From: an uncultured Candidatus Binatia bacterium
GTDB taxonomy: Bacteria; Desulfobacterota; Binatia; Bin18
Reading direction: 5' to 3'
DNA: 64,000 bases
Assembly: GCA_965214605.1 (NCBI GenBank)
Contig: OZ243961.1
Span: forward strand, 3,168,001 to 3,232,000
Shown here: positions 19,683-29,344 of the stretch, piece after piece
Layout: each line of letters starts with the position of its first letter
How positions within the stretch are numbered: the stretch's first letter is position 1
Program-made: the position numbers and the translations under genes
The notes under the pieces: generated by a model
Databases searched by the model: none
Told to the model about the DNA's origin: nothing
Seen by the model: the letters and a program-made list of their open reading frames with translations, nothing else

Positions 19683-20696
19683 ATGAGTGCAGAGGTGACG
19701 GCAAAACTGACTCGTAAAGATTTTGTTTCTGATCAGGACGTCCGCTGGTGCCCGGGCTGCGGTGACTACGCTATTCTGGCCCAGGTCCAGAAAATTTTTC
19801 CTGATCTCGGTATTCCCAAGGAAAAGGCGGTGTTCATCTCCGGGATTGGCTGTTCCAGCCGTTTTCCCTACTACATGAACACCTATGGTTTCCACACCAT
19901 CCATGGCCGCGCTCCGGCTATTGCCACCGGTCTCAAAATCTCGCGTCCAGATTTACATATCTGGCTGGTGACCGGAGACGGGGATGGACTGAGCATTGGC
20001 GGCAACCATCTCATCCACGCCCTGCGACGCAATGTTGAGCTGAAGATCATGCTGTTCAACAACCGCATTTATGGGCTGACCAAGGGCCAGTATTCCCCAA
20101 CCTCAGAGCTCGGGAAGGTCGCCAAATCGACGCCAATGGGTTCGGCTGACTATCCGATCAACCCGATGAGTTTAGCACTCGGGGCCGAGGCGACCTTTGT
20201 CGCCCGCTCTATCGACGTTGAGGCCAAACATCAGCAGGCCACGCTCACCCGGGCCGCGGCCCACAAGGGCGGAGCTTTTATTGAGATTCTCCAGAACTGC
20301 AATGTGTATAACGACGGTGCCTGGGATTCTCTGACCGATAAGGCTAGCAAAGCGGATACCCAGCTGTTGCTCGAACACGGCCAGCCGATGATTTTCGGCA
20401 AAAACAAGGACCGTGGGATTCGGCTCAACGGCCTCGCTCCCGAGGTCGTGCAGTTGGGCAACGGGCTGAGCGTTGATGATCTGCTCGTGCACGACGAGCA
20501 CGATCAGACCCTGGCCTTTCTGCTGAGCCGGATGATGCCGCCCAATCTGCCGACCCCACTCGGCGTGCTGTATTCAACCGAGCGGCAGACGATTGAGGCA
20601 TTGATGGCCAATCAGCTCGAAGACGCGGTGGCCAAGCAGGGCCAGGGAGAGGTTGACGCGTTACTGAACCGGGGCGATGTGTGGACGGTAGAATAG
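19683..20696 (+). CDS. korB: 2-oxoacid:ferredoxin oxidoreductase beta subunit
   Basis: 'WCPGCGD', 'SGIGCSSR', TPP motif 'GDGDGLSIGGNH', 'YGLTKGQ'. Confidence 0.92.
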   Translation: MSAEVTAKLTRKDFVSDQDVRWCPGCGDYAILAQVQKIFPDLGIPKEKAVFISGIGCSSRFPYYMNTYGFHTIHGRAPAIATGLKISRPDLHIWLVTGDGDGLSIGGNHLIHALRRNVELKIMLFNNRIYGLTKGQYSPTSELGKVAKSTPMGSADYPINPMSLALGAEATFVARSIDVEAKHQQATLTRAAAHKGGAFIEILQNCNVYNDGAWDSLTDKASKADTQLLLEHGQPMIFGKNKDRGIRLNGLAPEVVQLGNGLSVDDLLVHDEHDQTLAFLLSRMMPPNLPTPLGVLYSTERQTIEALMANQLEDAVAKQGQGEVDALLNRGDVWTVE

Positions 20697-20739
20697 CCCC
20701 CGGTCTCGCCTAGGCCCGTGCCCCTCAGGCAGGTGTAGT

Positions 20740-21039
20740 ATGCCTGTTCCGCTTCGTATTGTCTGTCCCCAGTGCGGACACCGCCTGTACCGCAAACGTG
20801 CGGGACGCTGTACCGCGTGTGGAGCACCGGTCAGCGCCCACGTCGAAGCCGTTCGCAAACGCGAAGAACGCCTTGAGAAAATCCTTGCCCTGATCGGAAC
20901 CGGGCTGGTGCTCGGGGTGTTTCTGCTGTCGGGAGGGATTGGTCTGTTGGAGGGGCTGGCCATGTATGCCCTGGCCGGTGCCGCTCTGTTCTATGCCGCC
21001 AAAAAAACCTTTGCCCCCAATCGCCCGTCTAAGGACTAG
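20740..21039 (+). CDS. Small Zn-ribbon membrane protein
   Basis: CPQC..CTAC followed by two hydrophobic helices; fills the gap between korB and the next gene. Confidence 0.75.
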   Translation: MPVPLRIVCPQCGHRLYRKRAGRCTACGAPVSAHVEAVRKREERLEKILALIGTGLVLGVFLLSGGIGLLEGLAMYALAGAALFYAAKKTFAPNRPSKD

Positions 21040-21043
21040 CCGT

Positions 21044-21397
21044 ATGACTGCAAAAGAACTGCTCCGCATGAATGCCCCCAAGTTACGCGAAGAAGCGCTC
21101 AAAATCCCCAACATCGTCGGGGTCACGGCCATGAAAAAAGAGGCGCTGATCAAGCTGTTGGCCAAAGAGCACGGCATAGCCTTGGCAATAAAGACCCCGA
21201 GCGCTGAGAGAGCGGATATCAAGCAGCGCCTTGTGAGTCTGAAGCTCAGCCGTGACGAGGCGATTGAGCGCAAAGCCTACGACGAACTCCACCGCATCCG
21301 GCGCAGAATTCGGGCCCTGAAGCGCCGTCTGCGTGCGTTTGCCAAGGCGGCCAAGACGCCGCAGCCGCTCGGGACCCAGGAAGAAGCGAGCGCGTAG
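21044..21397 (+). CDS. Small basic protein with Rho N-terminal-like helical domain
   Basis: 'MNAPKLREEALKIPNIVGVTAMKKEALI' resembles Rho_N; basic coiled-coil C-terminus; start moved to ATG 21044. Confidence 0.7.
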   Translation: MTAKELLRMNAPKLREEALKIPNIVGVTAMKKEALIKLLAKEHGIALAIKTPSAERADIKQRLVSLKLSRDEAIERKAYDELHRIRRRIRALKRRLRAFAKAAKTPQPLGTQEEASA

Positions 21398-21472
21398 GCC
21401 ACAGCGCAGAGAGCGTCGGCCGAATAGGCAAGGTCGCGGGTCCATCTTTTTCCTAGGTTAAGGATCAGAGGT

Positions 21473-22945
21473 ATGAATATTCGCGTACAGTCACAGGCCA
21501 TTACCAAACTGAAGAGCGACGTGCTCGTTGTCCCGCTTGCCGAGGGCGCAACCGAGAAAACCGTACAAGCGCTCGACGACGTCCTCGGAGGCGCCCTCGA
21601 AGCGCACCTCACCCACACCGGTTTTACGGGCAAGTCGGGTCAGACCGTGATCTTCCCAACCCAACAGCGTCTCCCGAGCAACTCCCTGCTGTTGCTCGGT
21701 TTGGGAAAAGAGGGAGCAGACGCGGAAACTTGGCGGCGCAATGCGGCAAAAGCCCACAAAGAGGCCAAGGGCCAACAGGCAAAGCACCTGGCCTGGTTTT
21801 TTGCCGACCCACAGTCGGAGGCCGAGTTGGCCGCGGTTGTCGAGGGCACTCTGCTGTCGGCCTATACCTTTGACAAGTATAAATCGGACCGGGACCCTAG
21901 CCAGCCGCGTGTTGACACCCTGAGTTTAAATAGACCGGGGCTGCGCAAGACAGCTGCGCTCAGCAGCGCGCTTGAGGCTGCCCAAAAAACCGCGCCTGGG
22001 GTGTGTTTGGCGCGAGATCTCATCAACGAGCCGGCCTCTGTCTCAACCCCGTCGTATCTGGCCGAACAGGCGACAAAAATCGCTCGCGACGGCGGGCTTA
22101 AGGCCGAAATTTTTGGGGTCAACAAAATAAAAACGGCCAAAATGGCCGGTGTTTTGGCCGTGGCCAAGGGGAGTGTTGAAGAGCCGCGCTTTATTAAGCT
22201 GAGCTACACCCCCAAGGGCAAGCCCAAGAAAAAAATCGCCCTGGTTGGAAAAGGGCTGACCTTTGACTCCGGTGGATTGTCGCTGAAGCCGCCAAAATCA
22301 ATGGAGACGATGAAATTAGATATGTCGGGCGGGGCGACCGTGTTGGGCGTCATGCAGGTCATTGCCGAACTCAGGCCCAAGGTCCAGGTCACGGCCTATG
22401 TGCCGTCAACGGAAAACATGCCGAGCGGCACGGCTCAGAAACCGGGCGATATCATTACCTATAAAAACGGTAAAACGGTCGAAGTCCTCAATACGGATGC
22501 CGAAGGACGCCTAATTCTGGCCGACGCCTTGATCCGGGCGGTTGAAGACAAGGCCGATGTCATTATTGATCTGGCGACCCTAACCGGAGCCTGCGTGGTC
22601 GCGCTCGGCTCGCAGGTGGCGGGCATGTTCTGCAATGACCAGGAGTTGTCCGAGGCGCTGATGGAGTGTGGCAAACAGTCTGGCGAGGCGTTCTGGCCGC
22701 TCCCGCTGGTCAAAGACTATAAAGACGATATCAAAAGCTCGGTTGCCGATATTAAGAATATTGGTGGCGGCTCTGGCGGAGCGATTGCCGGCGCCTTATT
22801 TCTTGAAGAGTTTGTCGGCGATACTCCCTGGGCACATCTTGACATTGCCGGCCCGGCTTTTGCCGATCGTCAGTTGCCGTACAGCCCACGGGGGGGAACC
22901 GGCTTTGGGGTGCGGACGCTTGTGCGCTATGTGACGAGTTTTTAG
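21473..22945 (+). CDS. pepA: Leucyl aminopeptidase (M17)
   Basis: 'VGKGLTFDSGG', 'MKLDMSG', 'NTDAEGRL', 'ATLTGA', 'HLDIAG'. Confidence 0.96.
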   Translation: MNIRVQSQAITKLKSDVLVVPLAEGATEKTVQALDDVLGGALEAHLTHTGFTGKSGQTVIFPTQQRLPSNSLLLLGLGKEGADAETWRRNAAKAHKEAKGQQAKHLAWFFADPQSEAELAAVVEGTLLSAYTFDKYKSDRDPSQPRVDTLSLNRPGLRKTAALSSALEAAQKTAPGVCLARDLINEPASVSTPSYLAEQATKIARDGGLKAEIFGVNKIKTAKMAGVLAVAKGSVEEPRFIKLSYTPKGKPKKKIALVGKGLTFDSGGLSLKPPKSMETMKLDMSGGATVLGVMQVIAELRPKVQVTAYVPSTENMPSGTAQKPGDIITYKNGKTVEVLNTDAEGRLILADALIRAVEDKADVIIDLATLTGACVVALGSQVAGMFCNDQELSEALMECGKQSGEAFWPLPLVKDYKDDIKSSVADIKNIGGGSGGAIAGALFLEEFVGDTPWAHLDIAGPAFADRQLPYSPRGGTGFGVRTLVRYVTSF

Positions 22946-22983
22946 CCGAGTAGGGGCGACGGCGAAGTCTGCTCTCTGTGTGT

Positions 22984-23667
22984 ATGCCCAGCTTTGCCCG
23001 GCTCCAACGGGAAATTATCGGCTGCTCACGCTGTCCGCGGCTGGTACGCTATCTTGAGCGGGTCTCCCGCGACAAGGTCAAACGCTATCGGGACTGGACC
23101 TACTGGGGAAAACCGGTCCCCAGCTTTGGGGACCCCAAAGCCAAGCTCTTGATCGTTGGCTTGGCTCCTGCCGCCCACGGTGGGAATCGAACCGGACGGG
23201 CGTTTACCGGCGACCGCAGCGGAGACTGGCTATACGGGGCTCTCCACGCGGCCGGATTTGCCAACCAACCGACCTCAAGCCATCGGGGCGACGGTCTTAC
23301 CCTCCACAACTGTTGCGTGACCTCGGCCGTGCACTGTGCCCCACCGGATAATAAACCCCTGCGCGAAGAATTTCTGGCCTGTCGGCCGTATCTGGTCCAA
23401 GAGCTCCAACTGCTCAAACAAGTCCGGGTGGTCGTTGCCCTTGGCCACATCGCTTTTCAGGCCTATCTGAGCGCTCGCCGCGAACTCGCTCTCTACGTGC
23501 CTTCTCCCAAGCCCCGCTTTGGCCACGGCGTGCGCTATGAGCTGGATGGAATTACGTTGATCGGCTCCTATCACCCCAGTCAGCAGAACACGTTTACCGG
23601 ACGGCTGACTAAGGCCATGTTTGAGGCCGTCTTTCAGCAGGCACGCCGACTCGTTGACCAGAGCTGA
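22984..23667 (+). CDS. Uracil-DNA glycosylase family 5 (UdgB type, Fe-S)
   Basis: 'CSRCPRL', 'GLAPAAHGGNRTGRAFTGDRSG', 'HCAPPDNKP', 'YHPSQQN'. Confidence 0.92.
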   Translation: MPSFARLQREIIGCSRCPRLVRYLERVSRDKVKRYRDWTYWGKPVPSFGDPKAKLLIVGLAPAAHGGNRTGRAFTGDRSGDWLYGALHAAGFANQPTSSHRGDGLTLHNCCVTSAVHCAPPDNKPLREEFLACRPYLVQELQLLKQVRVVVALGHIAFQAYLSARRELALYVPSPKPRFGHGVRYELDGITLIGSYHPSQQNTFTGRLTKAMFEAVFQQARRLVDQS

Positions 23668-23722
23668 GGGCGGTCTCGGGCGGCGCCCGGTGCCAGCGAC
23701 CAAACCGGGTCCCCGGGGAAGC

Positions 23723-24538
23723 TTAGGGAAAAATCGCGTTAATCACCTCATCAATGGCCCGCTGCGAGTCCACGTCATCGGTCAGCGAGCGCGACACCGC
23801 CACCGAACACGCCCGCCGGGCCGAGACCCCTTGGCGCATCAGGTGTCCGGCGTAGATGAGCAGACGCGTGCTCACCCCCTCTTCCAGACCACTCGCTTTG
23901 AGGTGGCGCACTTTCTCTCCGAGACGGGCCAAATCAAGGGCGGTTTCAAGCTCCAAGCTGCTCTCATGGGCAACCACCTCGGCCTCTTTATCGCGCGGCG
24001 GATAGGTGAACTCAATGGTCACAAAGCGTTGACGGGTTGAGTGCTTGAGGTCTTTGAGAATGCTCTGGTAGCCGGGGTTGTAGGAGATGACCAGCAGAAA
24101 ATCCGAGTGTGCCTGTTGAATTTCGCCCTTTTTATCAATCGGCAGAATGCGACGGTGATCGGTCAGCGGGTGGATCAAGACGATCGTATCTTTGCGGGCT
24201 TCCACAATCTCGTCCAGATAACACACCGTACCAAGCCGCACGGCCTGGGTCAGCGGCCCGTCAATCCAGACGGTTTCGTCGCCCTGAATGAGATAGCGGC
24301 CAACGAGATCGCTGCCGGTCAAATCTTCGTGGCAGGCGACGGTGATGAGATTGCCCGGCACCTCTTCTTTTTCTTCCCGCATCAACATGTGGGCCATATA
24401 CTCGACAAAGCGCGTCTTCCCGCAACCGGTCGGGCCTTTGAGCAGGACGGGGAGACGGCACTCGTACGCCGCCCGAAAGATTTCAACCTCATCGCCAATA
24501 GGGAGATAGAATGGAGCCTGTTCGTTGGTGTCCGTCAT
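23723..24538 (-). CDS. CbbQ/NirQ/NorQ-family AAA+ ATPase
   Basis: '[14 protein letters not shown]', 'DLVGRYL', '[12 protein letters not shown]', 'HPLTDHRR', '[18 protein letters not shown]', 'STRLLIYA'. Confidence 0.95.
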   Translation of the reverse strand: MTDTNEQAPFYLPIGDEVEIFRAAYECRLPVLLKGPTGCGKTRFVEYMAHMLMREEKEEVPGNLITVACHEDLTGSDLVGRYLIQGDETVWIDGPLTQAVRLGTVCYLDEIVEARKDTIVLIHPLTDHRRILPIDKKGEIQQAHSDFLLVISYNPGYQSILKDLKHSTRQRFVTIEFTYPPRDKEAEVVAHESSLELETALDLARLGEKVRHLKASGLEEGVSTRLLIYAGHLMRQGVSARRACSVAVSRSLTDDVDSQRAIDEVINAIFP

Positions 24539-25692
24539 GATGTTTCCGTTTGCAGTGTTTCCATGACACTGCGGGTCTCAGCGTCAATCAGTTCCACAGT
24601 GACGCTGTCGTCAATATTATTGCTCTTCTTGGCCAGCCCAATTTGGATCCGCAGCTTGGCCAGAAAACGGTCCCGCACATCCGGGGGCATCCCCTGGAGC
24701 GGAAAATTCTGTAAATAAATTTTGGCCCCAGCCGGAGCCGCCCACTCGATCCGGGCAACCTTTGGCCCCATAATATCGTGCGAGTGAAAGAGCTGTTCGA
24801 CCGCGTGTTGAAACGCCGTACGTGGTTGGGGCTGAGAGGGGGCACCGCCGATCAGTTGGGCCAAGACATGATCCACCCGAGCCTGGATCTGTTCGTCATT
24901 GGTCAAGGATCTGGCCCGCTCAAGGCTTTTGCGGGCCTGCTCCAAATCGGCCTTTTCTCGGTAGGCAATGCCTAGGTTAAAATGCGCCTGGAAGAAGTTC
25001 GGGTTGTTGGCAATAACCGTCCGATATTCGGCAATGGCTCGGTCAACCTGATCTGTATACAGGTACATTGTCCCTAGATCGGTGCGTACATTTTTGTCGT
25101 TCGGCCGGATAGCTAGGTAGCGCTCGTAGTGGTCTATGGCCTTGGTATGCTCCTCAAAGTCGTAATATACGTTGCCGATGCCGCGTAGCGCGTCCGGATC
25201 ATTGGGGAGCAGCTTAAGAACGTGTTGATATGAGGACAGGGCTGCGCTTCGATAACTGGCCTCGAGCTGGGAAGCCCGAAATTGGACTTCGGCCAAGCGG
25301 CGCCACGTCTCGGCAGAGTCAGGCCTAGCGTTGGCCTCGGAGACAAGGGTCACAATACGTTGTTTGACGTCGCTGGGAATAGTGATGGGCGGATGGTCTT
25401 GGGGGAGCGCCTGCGAGCCGCCCGAGCTAGCCGGGCCGCCGGCCGCGGCAACAATGGGGAAGGGCTGCGAGCGAAGCACAAAAATCCACAGGCCAACACC
25501 AATAGCTAAGTACAGAGACAGGACGACGAGCCCAGCGGTCAGGGAGTGGCGGGACGCCGAAGACACCGGCGCAGGCCGTTTACCCGCCTTCGCGGTCGGG
25601 GTCTTTTTGCCGCCCGACAGTGCCGCGCCGCACTCGGTACAAAAACGGGCCTGAGGAACAGTTTGTACACCACATTGGGGACAGAAACGCAT
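24535..25692 (-). CDS. Zn-ribbon, single-TM, TPR-repeat protein
   Basis: N-terminal CPQC..CTEC, TM helix, 'LPQDHPPI', about four TPR motifs; stop overlaps the ATPase start (ATGA). Confidence 0.9.
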   Translation of the reverse strand: MRFCPQCGVQTVPQARFCTECGAALSGGKKTPTAKAGKRPAPVSSASRHSLTAGLVVLSLYLAIGVGLWIFVLRSQPFPIVAAAGGPASSGGSQALPQDHPPITIPSDVKQRIVTLVSEANARPDSAETWRRLAEVQFRASQLEASYRSAALSSYQHVLKLLPNDPDALRGIGNVYYDFEEHTKAIDHYERYLAIRPNDKNVRTDLGTMYLYTDQVDRAIAEYRTVIANNPNFFQAHFNLGIAYREKADLEQARKSLERARSLTNDEQIQARVDHVLAQLIGGAPSQPQPRTAFQHAVEQLFHSHDIMGPKVARIEWAAPAGAKIYLQNFPLQGMPPDVRDRFLAKLRIQIGLAKKSNNIDDSVTVELIDAETRSVMETLQTETS

Positions 25693-25713
25693 GCTGACAG
25701 CTCCCTATATAGC

Positions 25714-25752
25714 AGTGGGGAAGCGTGACCTTCAAGGTCACGCTTCCCCACT
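25714..25752. repeat. 39-bp perfect palindrome (19-bp arms, 1-nt centre)
   Basis: AGTGGGGAAGCGTGACCTT-C-AAGGTCACGCTTCCCCACT in a divergent intergenic region. Confidence 0.9.
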
Positions 25753-25858
25753 CTCTATCAGGAATGGTCCGCAGCAGCTAGGTCCGGCTCAGTCTCCTAC
25801 CATTGACAGCACCAAAGCCGGCTAGGTAAGGTGCTTCCGTTTTCCTCTGGAGGGGCGT

Positions 25859-27124
25859 ATGGCAAAAAAGGCCGATCCGCGCTTGGCCGTAGGCAAGAAG
25901 TTGATAGACGAATGGGGGATCACTCTGGCTCGCCTCCAGGACGGGAGTGTGTCGCTTGACGATCTGCACGAACGCCTGGGACAAGACTCTGGGGCTGACC
26001 TGGCTCTGGCCGCGCTGCTTGGAGATTATGCCGTCCCCGGGGCCGCCCAGCTCCTCCTTGATTGGGAAGCAAAAAGTCAGGCCGACAAGCCGGACAAAAA
26101 CCTGCGGCGGGCTATTCACCGCTCGCTGTATAAACTCTCACAAAAAGGCGTGTCGGTTGAGCGACCCGACCAAGAGCCGGGCAAATCAGTCTTGACCCCG
26201 ATTGAGCCAGAGGGCTATCTGTCGTCTATGGACGGCCATGGAGACCGCCTCGTATGGCTGGTCAAGCCGCGCATTGGTGGCGGACTCCACTATCTGTCGG
26301 CCCTCATCAACGAGCCGACCGGGATGCGCCGGATTGAGGCCACCGAAGTCAACCGCAAGGGTATCAAGCTGGCCCGTCAGGATCTCGCCCAGCGCTATCA
26401 AATTGCGCTCGTTGAAGCCCCTTGGCGCTACTGTGACTTTATCATGTCTGAGGGCTATGAGCGGGCCATGGCGGAAAAGGAGTCCAGCGGCCAGACCGAC
26501 CAGACTCGTCCGTCAGGACAGTCTATTAACGCCTATCCCGCCCTCCGTTCACACCTGCTCTCCGGCCCTGCTGAGGCTACCCCGGTGCCCCTACCCAACA
26601 GCCTTGATCCGGCCGCTATTGCCGCCGAGGAAAACTGGCTTACCACCTCAAGCCGGCTGTTCGAGGAGCAGACCCTCCAACGCTGGCTGCTCGACCAGGA
26701 TCAGGCCAAGCCGTATGTCGAGCAAATGACCCAGGCCCAGGCCAGTCCCCTCGTCCTGAACAAATACCAGCAGCAGGACCGGGCCCAGAGCATTATTAAC
26801 ACTGTCTTGGCCGATCTGTTTAGCGGCGAGAGCGCCCGCATCTATGCGCGACGCCTTGAAGAGACAGCGTTTCTTCTAGCCGCCCGCTCGCAGCTCGACA
26901 GCGCGAAACGCGCCCTGGCGGTCTCGCTGGCCCTGAAAAAAGACAATCCAAGCGGCAAAGGGGTCCCCTTCTGCGAGGAGTTGGTCCGTCAGAGCATCGC
27001 CGTGCACTATCAAGAAGAGCACCAACACGAGCAGGCAAGCGAGTCTGGTTCGCTGATCATGAAACCGGCCGAGTTTGCCGCTCGCATGCAGGCCGCGCGA
27101 CGGCAGCAAAGGCAAACGGGGTAA
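25859..27124 (+). CDS. Conserved hypothetical protein
   Basis: 421-aa ORF with GGAGG RBS, protein-like composition, candidate TTGACA-18-TAAGGT promoter at 25803-25832. Confidence 0.85.
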   Translation: MAKKADPRLAVGKKLIDEWGITLARLQDGSVSLDDLHERLGQDSGADLALAALLGDYAVPGAAQLLLDWEAKSQADKPDKNLRRAIHRSLYKLSQKGVSVERPDQEPGKSVLTPIEPEGYLSSMDGHGDRLVWLVKPRIGGGLHYLSALINEPTGMRRIEATEVNRKGIKLARQDLAQRYQIALVEAPWRYCDFIMSEGYERAMAEKESSGQTDQTRPSGQSINAYPALRSHLLSGPAEATPVPLPNSLDPAAIAAEENWLTTSSRLFEEQTLQRWLLDQDQAKPYVEQMTQAQASPLVLNKYQQQDRAQSIINTVLADLFSGESARIYARRLEETAFLLAARSQLDSAKRALAVSLALKKDNPSGKGVPFCEELVRQSIAVHYQEEHQHEQASESGSLIMKPAEFAARMQAARRQQRQTG

Positions 27125-27253
27125 GAGTCTCGGAAAGACCTGACGTGTGAGACGGGTAACTCAGGCCTGAGTTGCAGGGTGGTGATAATTTCTGGTATCC
27201 CCAAGGAAAGGGGTGAACAGCTTTATAGAGATGAACCGTGAAGGGGGGAGACC

Positions 27254-27523
27254 ATGCCTCGCCCTACACCCGACGAGATTACGTTCTTGTCCGCCCTGCA
27301 TTCGGGGACGATTCTTTCCTGCCCGGAGTGCGGGATGGGTCTGTATATGCTGACCAAGAAAGTCCAACGAGGTGGACGATTTTTCGGCTCAGTCAAATCT
27401 TTAGCCGGCGTCCCTGCATACGCCGGAGGCGGGATGCCGAGGCGGTGTCCGCTGTGCAAACGTGGAGAATGGTGGTATCCACCGGGTACGGTGTACACCC
27501 TGCAGCATGGCTGGGTAGAGTGA
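27254..27523 (+). CDS. Small double-CxxC (Zn-finger) hypothetical protein
   Basis: CPEC and CPLC; GGGGAG RBS; 13-16 nt upstream of the DOPA dioxygenase gene. Confidence 0.7.
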   Translation: MPRPTPDEITFLSALHSGTILSCPECGMGLYMLTKKVQRGGRFFGSVKSLAGVPAYAGGGMPRRCPLCKRGEWWYPPGTVYTLQHGWVE

Positions 27524-27539
27524 CAGAGAGGACTGAGTG

Positions 27540-27917
27540 ATGCTAACAGAGTCGTCCACGATCAAGGGTTATCACGTGCATGTGTATTTTGACCGCACCA
27601 CCCAGCCGGCGGCTGAGCGCGTGCGGGACGGGTTAGCCGAGCGCTTTGATATAGAGCTGGGCCGCCTCCACTTTAAGGCGGTCGGACCGCATCCGCAGTG
27701 GATGTATCAGGTGAAATTTGATCCCGACCAATTCGGCAAACTCGTGCCCTGGCTGATGCTGAACCACGAGGGATTAAATGTGTTGATTCATCCCCAGAGC
27801 GGCGATGATGTGGCCGACCATTCGGACAACGCCCTGTGGCTAGGCCGCCGGCTGAGACTAAAACTCGGCTTTATGAAAAAGATGGCGGCCAAGAAACGCG
27901 CTCAGGCCAAAGCCTAA
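27540..27917 (+). CDS. DOPA 4,5-dioxygenase family protein
   Basis: 'YHVHVYF', 'GPHP', 'WLMLNH.GL.VLIHP', 'DH...ALWLG'. Confidence 0.9.
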   Translation: MLTESSTIKGYHVHVYFDRTTQPAAERVRDGLAERFDIELGRLHFKAVGPHPQWMYQVKFDPDQFGKLVPWLMLNHEGLNVLIHPQSGDDVADHSDNALWLGRRLRLKLGFMKKMAAKKRAQAKA

Positions 27918-27955
27918 AGAAGCGGTCTACCACCGCTTGTCCTGCCTGATTCTCC

Positions 27956-28996
27956 ATGCCTCGTCAGCTCAGCTTAAGCGTCGTTGATCAGTCTCCGGTC
28001 CGCAAAGGCGGAACCGGCGGAGACGCGCTGCGCGAAACAATCGCCTTGGCCCAGGCGGTCGAAACGCTGGGCTATCAGCGCTACTGGGTTGCCGAACATC
28101 ACAGCTTGCCCGGCTTTGCCGGCACCTGTCCCGAGGTCATGGTTGGACAGATTGCGGCGCAGACCAGGACCCTCCGGGTCGGCAGCGGCGGGGTTATGCT
28201 GTCCCACTATAGTGCACTCAAGGTGGCCGAAACCTTTCGGGTGCTGGAGTCCTTGTATCCGGGCCGGATTGATTTGGGTATTGGCCGTGCGCCAGGCAGT
28301 GACCAACGCACCGCTGCCGCCCTGGCCTACCCTGGACAGACGCGAGACATTCAGCATTTTCCCGAACAGGTCGATCACGTCATCTCCTATTTAGGCGACA
28401 CTATGGCTCCCTCTCACCCCTTTGCCGCAGTCAAAGCCGGGCCAAGCCCGGCCACCACTCTGCCAGAGGTGTGGCTACTCGGATCGGGTATTGATTCGGC
28501 ACTGCTGGCCGCTGAGCGGGGATTGCCGTTTAGCTACGCGTATTTCTTTGGTGCCGGCGTTGAGCACGGACCGGCCATTGTTGAGCACTATCGGCGTCAG
28601 TTCCGCCCGTCTGAGCACCTCGCCGAACCACGGGTGAACGTCGCTGCCCAGGTCTTGTGTGCGGAGACAGAAGAAACCGCGCGTCGGCTGGCTCTGAGCC
28701 GCAACCTAGTCCGCCTCAATATTATTCGCGGCCGTGGGACCGGGGTGCCGCCGGTCGAAGAGGCCGAGGCGTATCCGTACAGCTCTCAGGAGCGAGCCTA
28801 CCTGGAGCAACAGAGCCGGGTTAATCTTGACGGGGACCCCGAGCAGGTCAAAGCCAAACTCGACCAGCTGGCCGAACTATATCAGACCACGGACTTGAGT
28901 GTCGTGACGATCTGTTATGCCTTTGCCGACCGACTTCGGTCGTACGAACTGATTGCCCAGGCGTGTGGGCTCACACGTCCCAAGACTGCTTGCTGA
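27956..28996 (+). CDS. LLM-class flavin-dependent oxidoreductase (YhbW-like)
   Basis: 'RYWVAEHH', 'RVGSGGVML.HYS', 'PGRIDLGIGRAPGSD'. Confidence 0.92.
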   Translation: MPRQLSLSVVDQSPVRKGGTGGDALRETIALAQAVETLGYQRYWVAEHHSLPGFAGTCPEVMVGQIAAQTRTLRVGSGGVMLSHYSALKVAETFRVLESLYPGRIDLGIGRAPGSDQRTAAALAYPGQTRDIQHFPEQVDHVISYLGDTMAPSHPFAAVKAGPSPATTLPEVWLLGSGIDSALLAAERGLPFSYAYFFGAGVEHGPAIVEHYRRQFRPSEHLAEPRVNVAAQVLCAETEETARRLALSRNLVRLNIIRGRGTGVPPVEEAEAYPYSSQERAYLEQQSRVNLDGDPEQVKAKLDQLAELYQTTDLSVVTICYAFADRLRSYELIAQACGLTRPKTAC

Positions 28997-29344
28997 CCGC
29001 TCGCACTCGGACCGAAACCCTCAGACGTTGGAGCACCGTGGTCCAGTGTGTGAAGTGGCCCGCGTTTTGGGCGCCGACCCCTCAGATAAGCGAAATATCA
29101 AACGGGAGTGGGGGAGTCGGTCATGACCACTTTTGCCGGCTTATCCGGCGCACCGCGGTGGAAAACGTTGTTGTCAAGTCCCCTCCACGGGCGCGAACCC
29201 GCAATACCGCCTGGGGCTTCTTCTAAAGCCAGCTAGTCCTAGACCGCAATGTGGACCGCTTCCAGTCTTGACTCCTAAGACCGACTTGTCTACTTCTCTG
29301 GACATGCTCCATCTGGCCAGTCCTTCCAGGGGTAAAGCAGTGAC

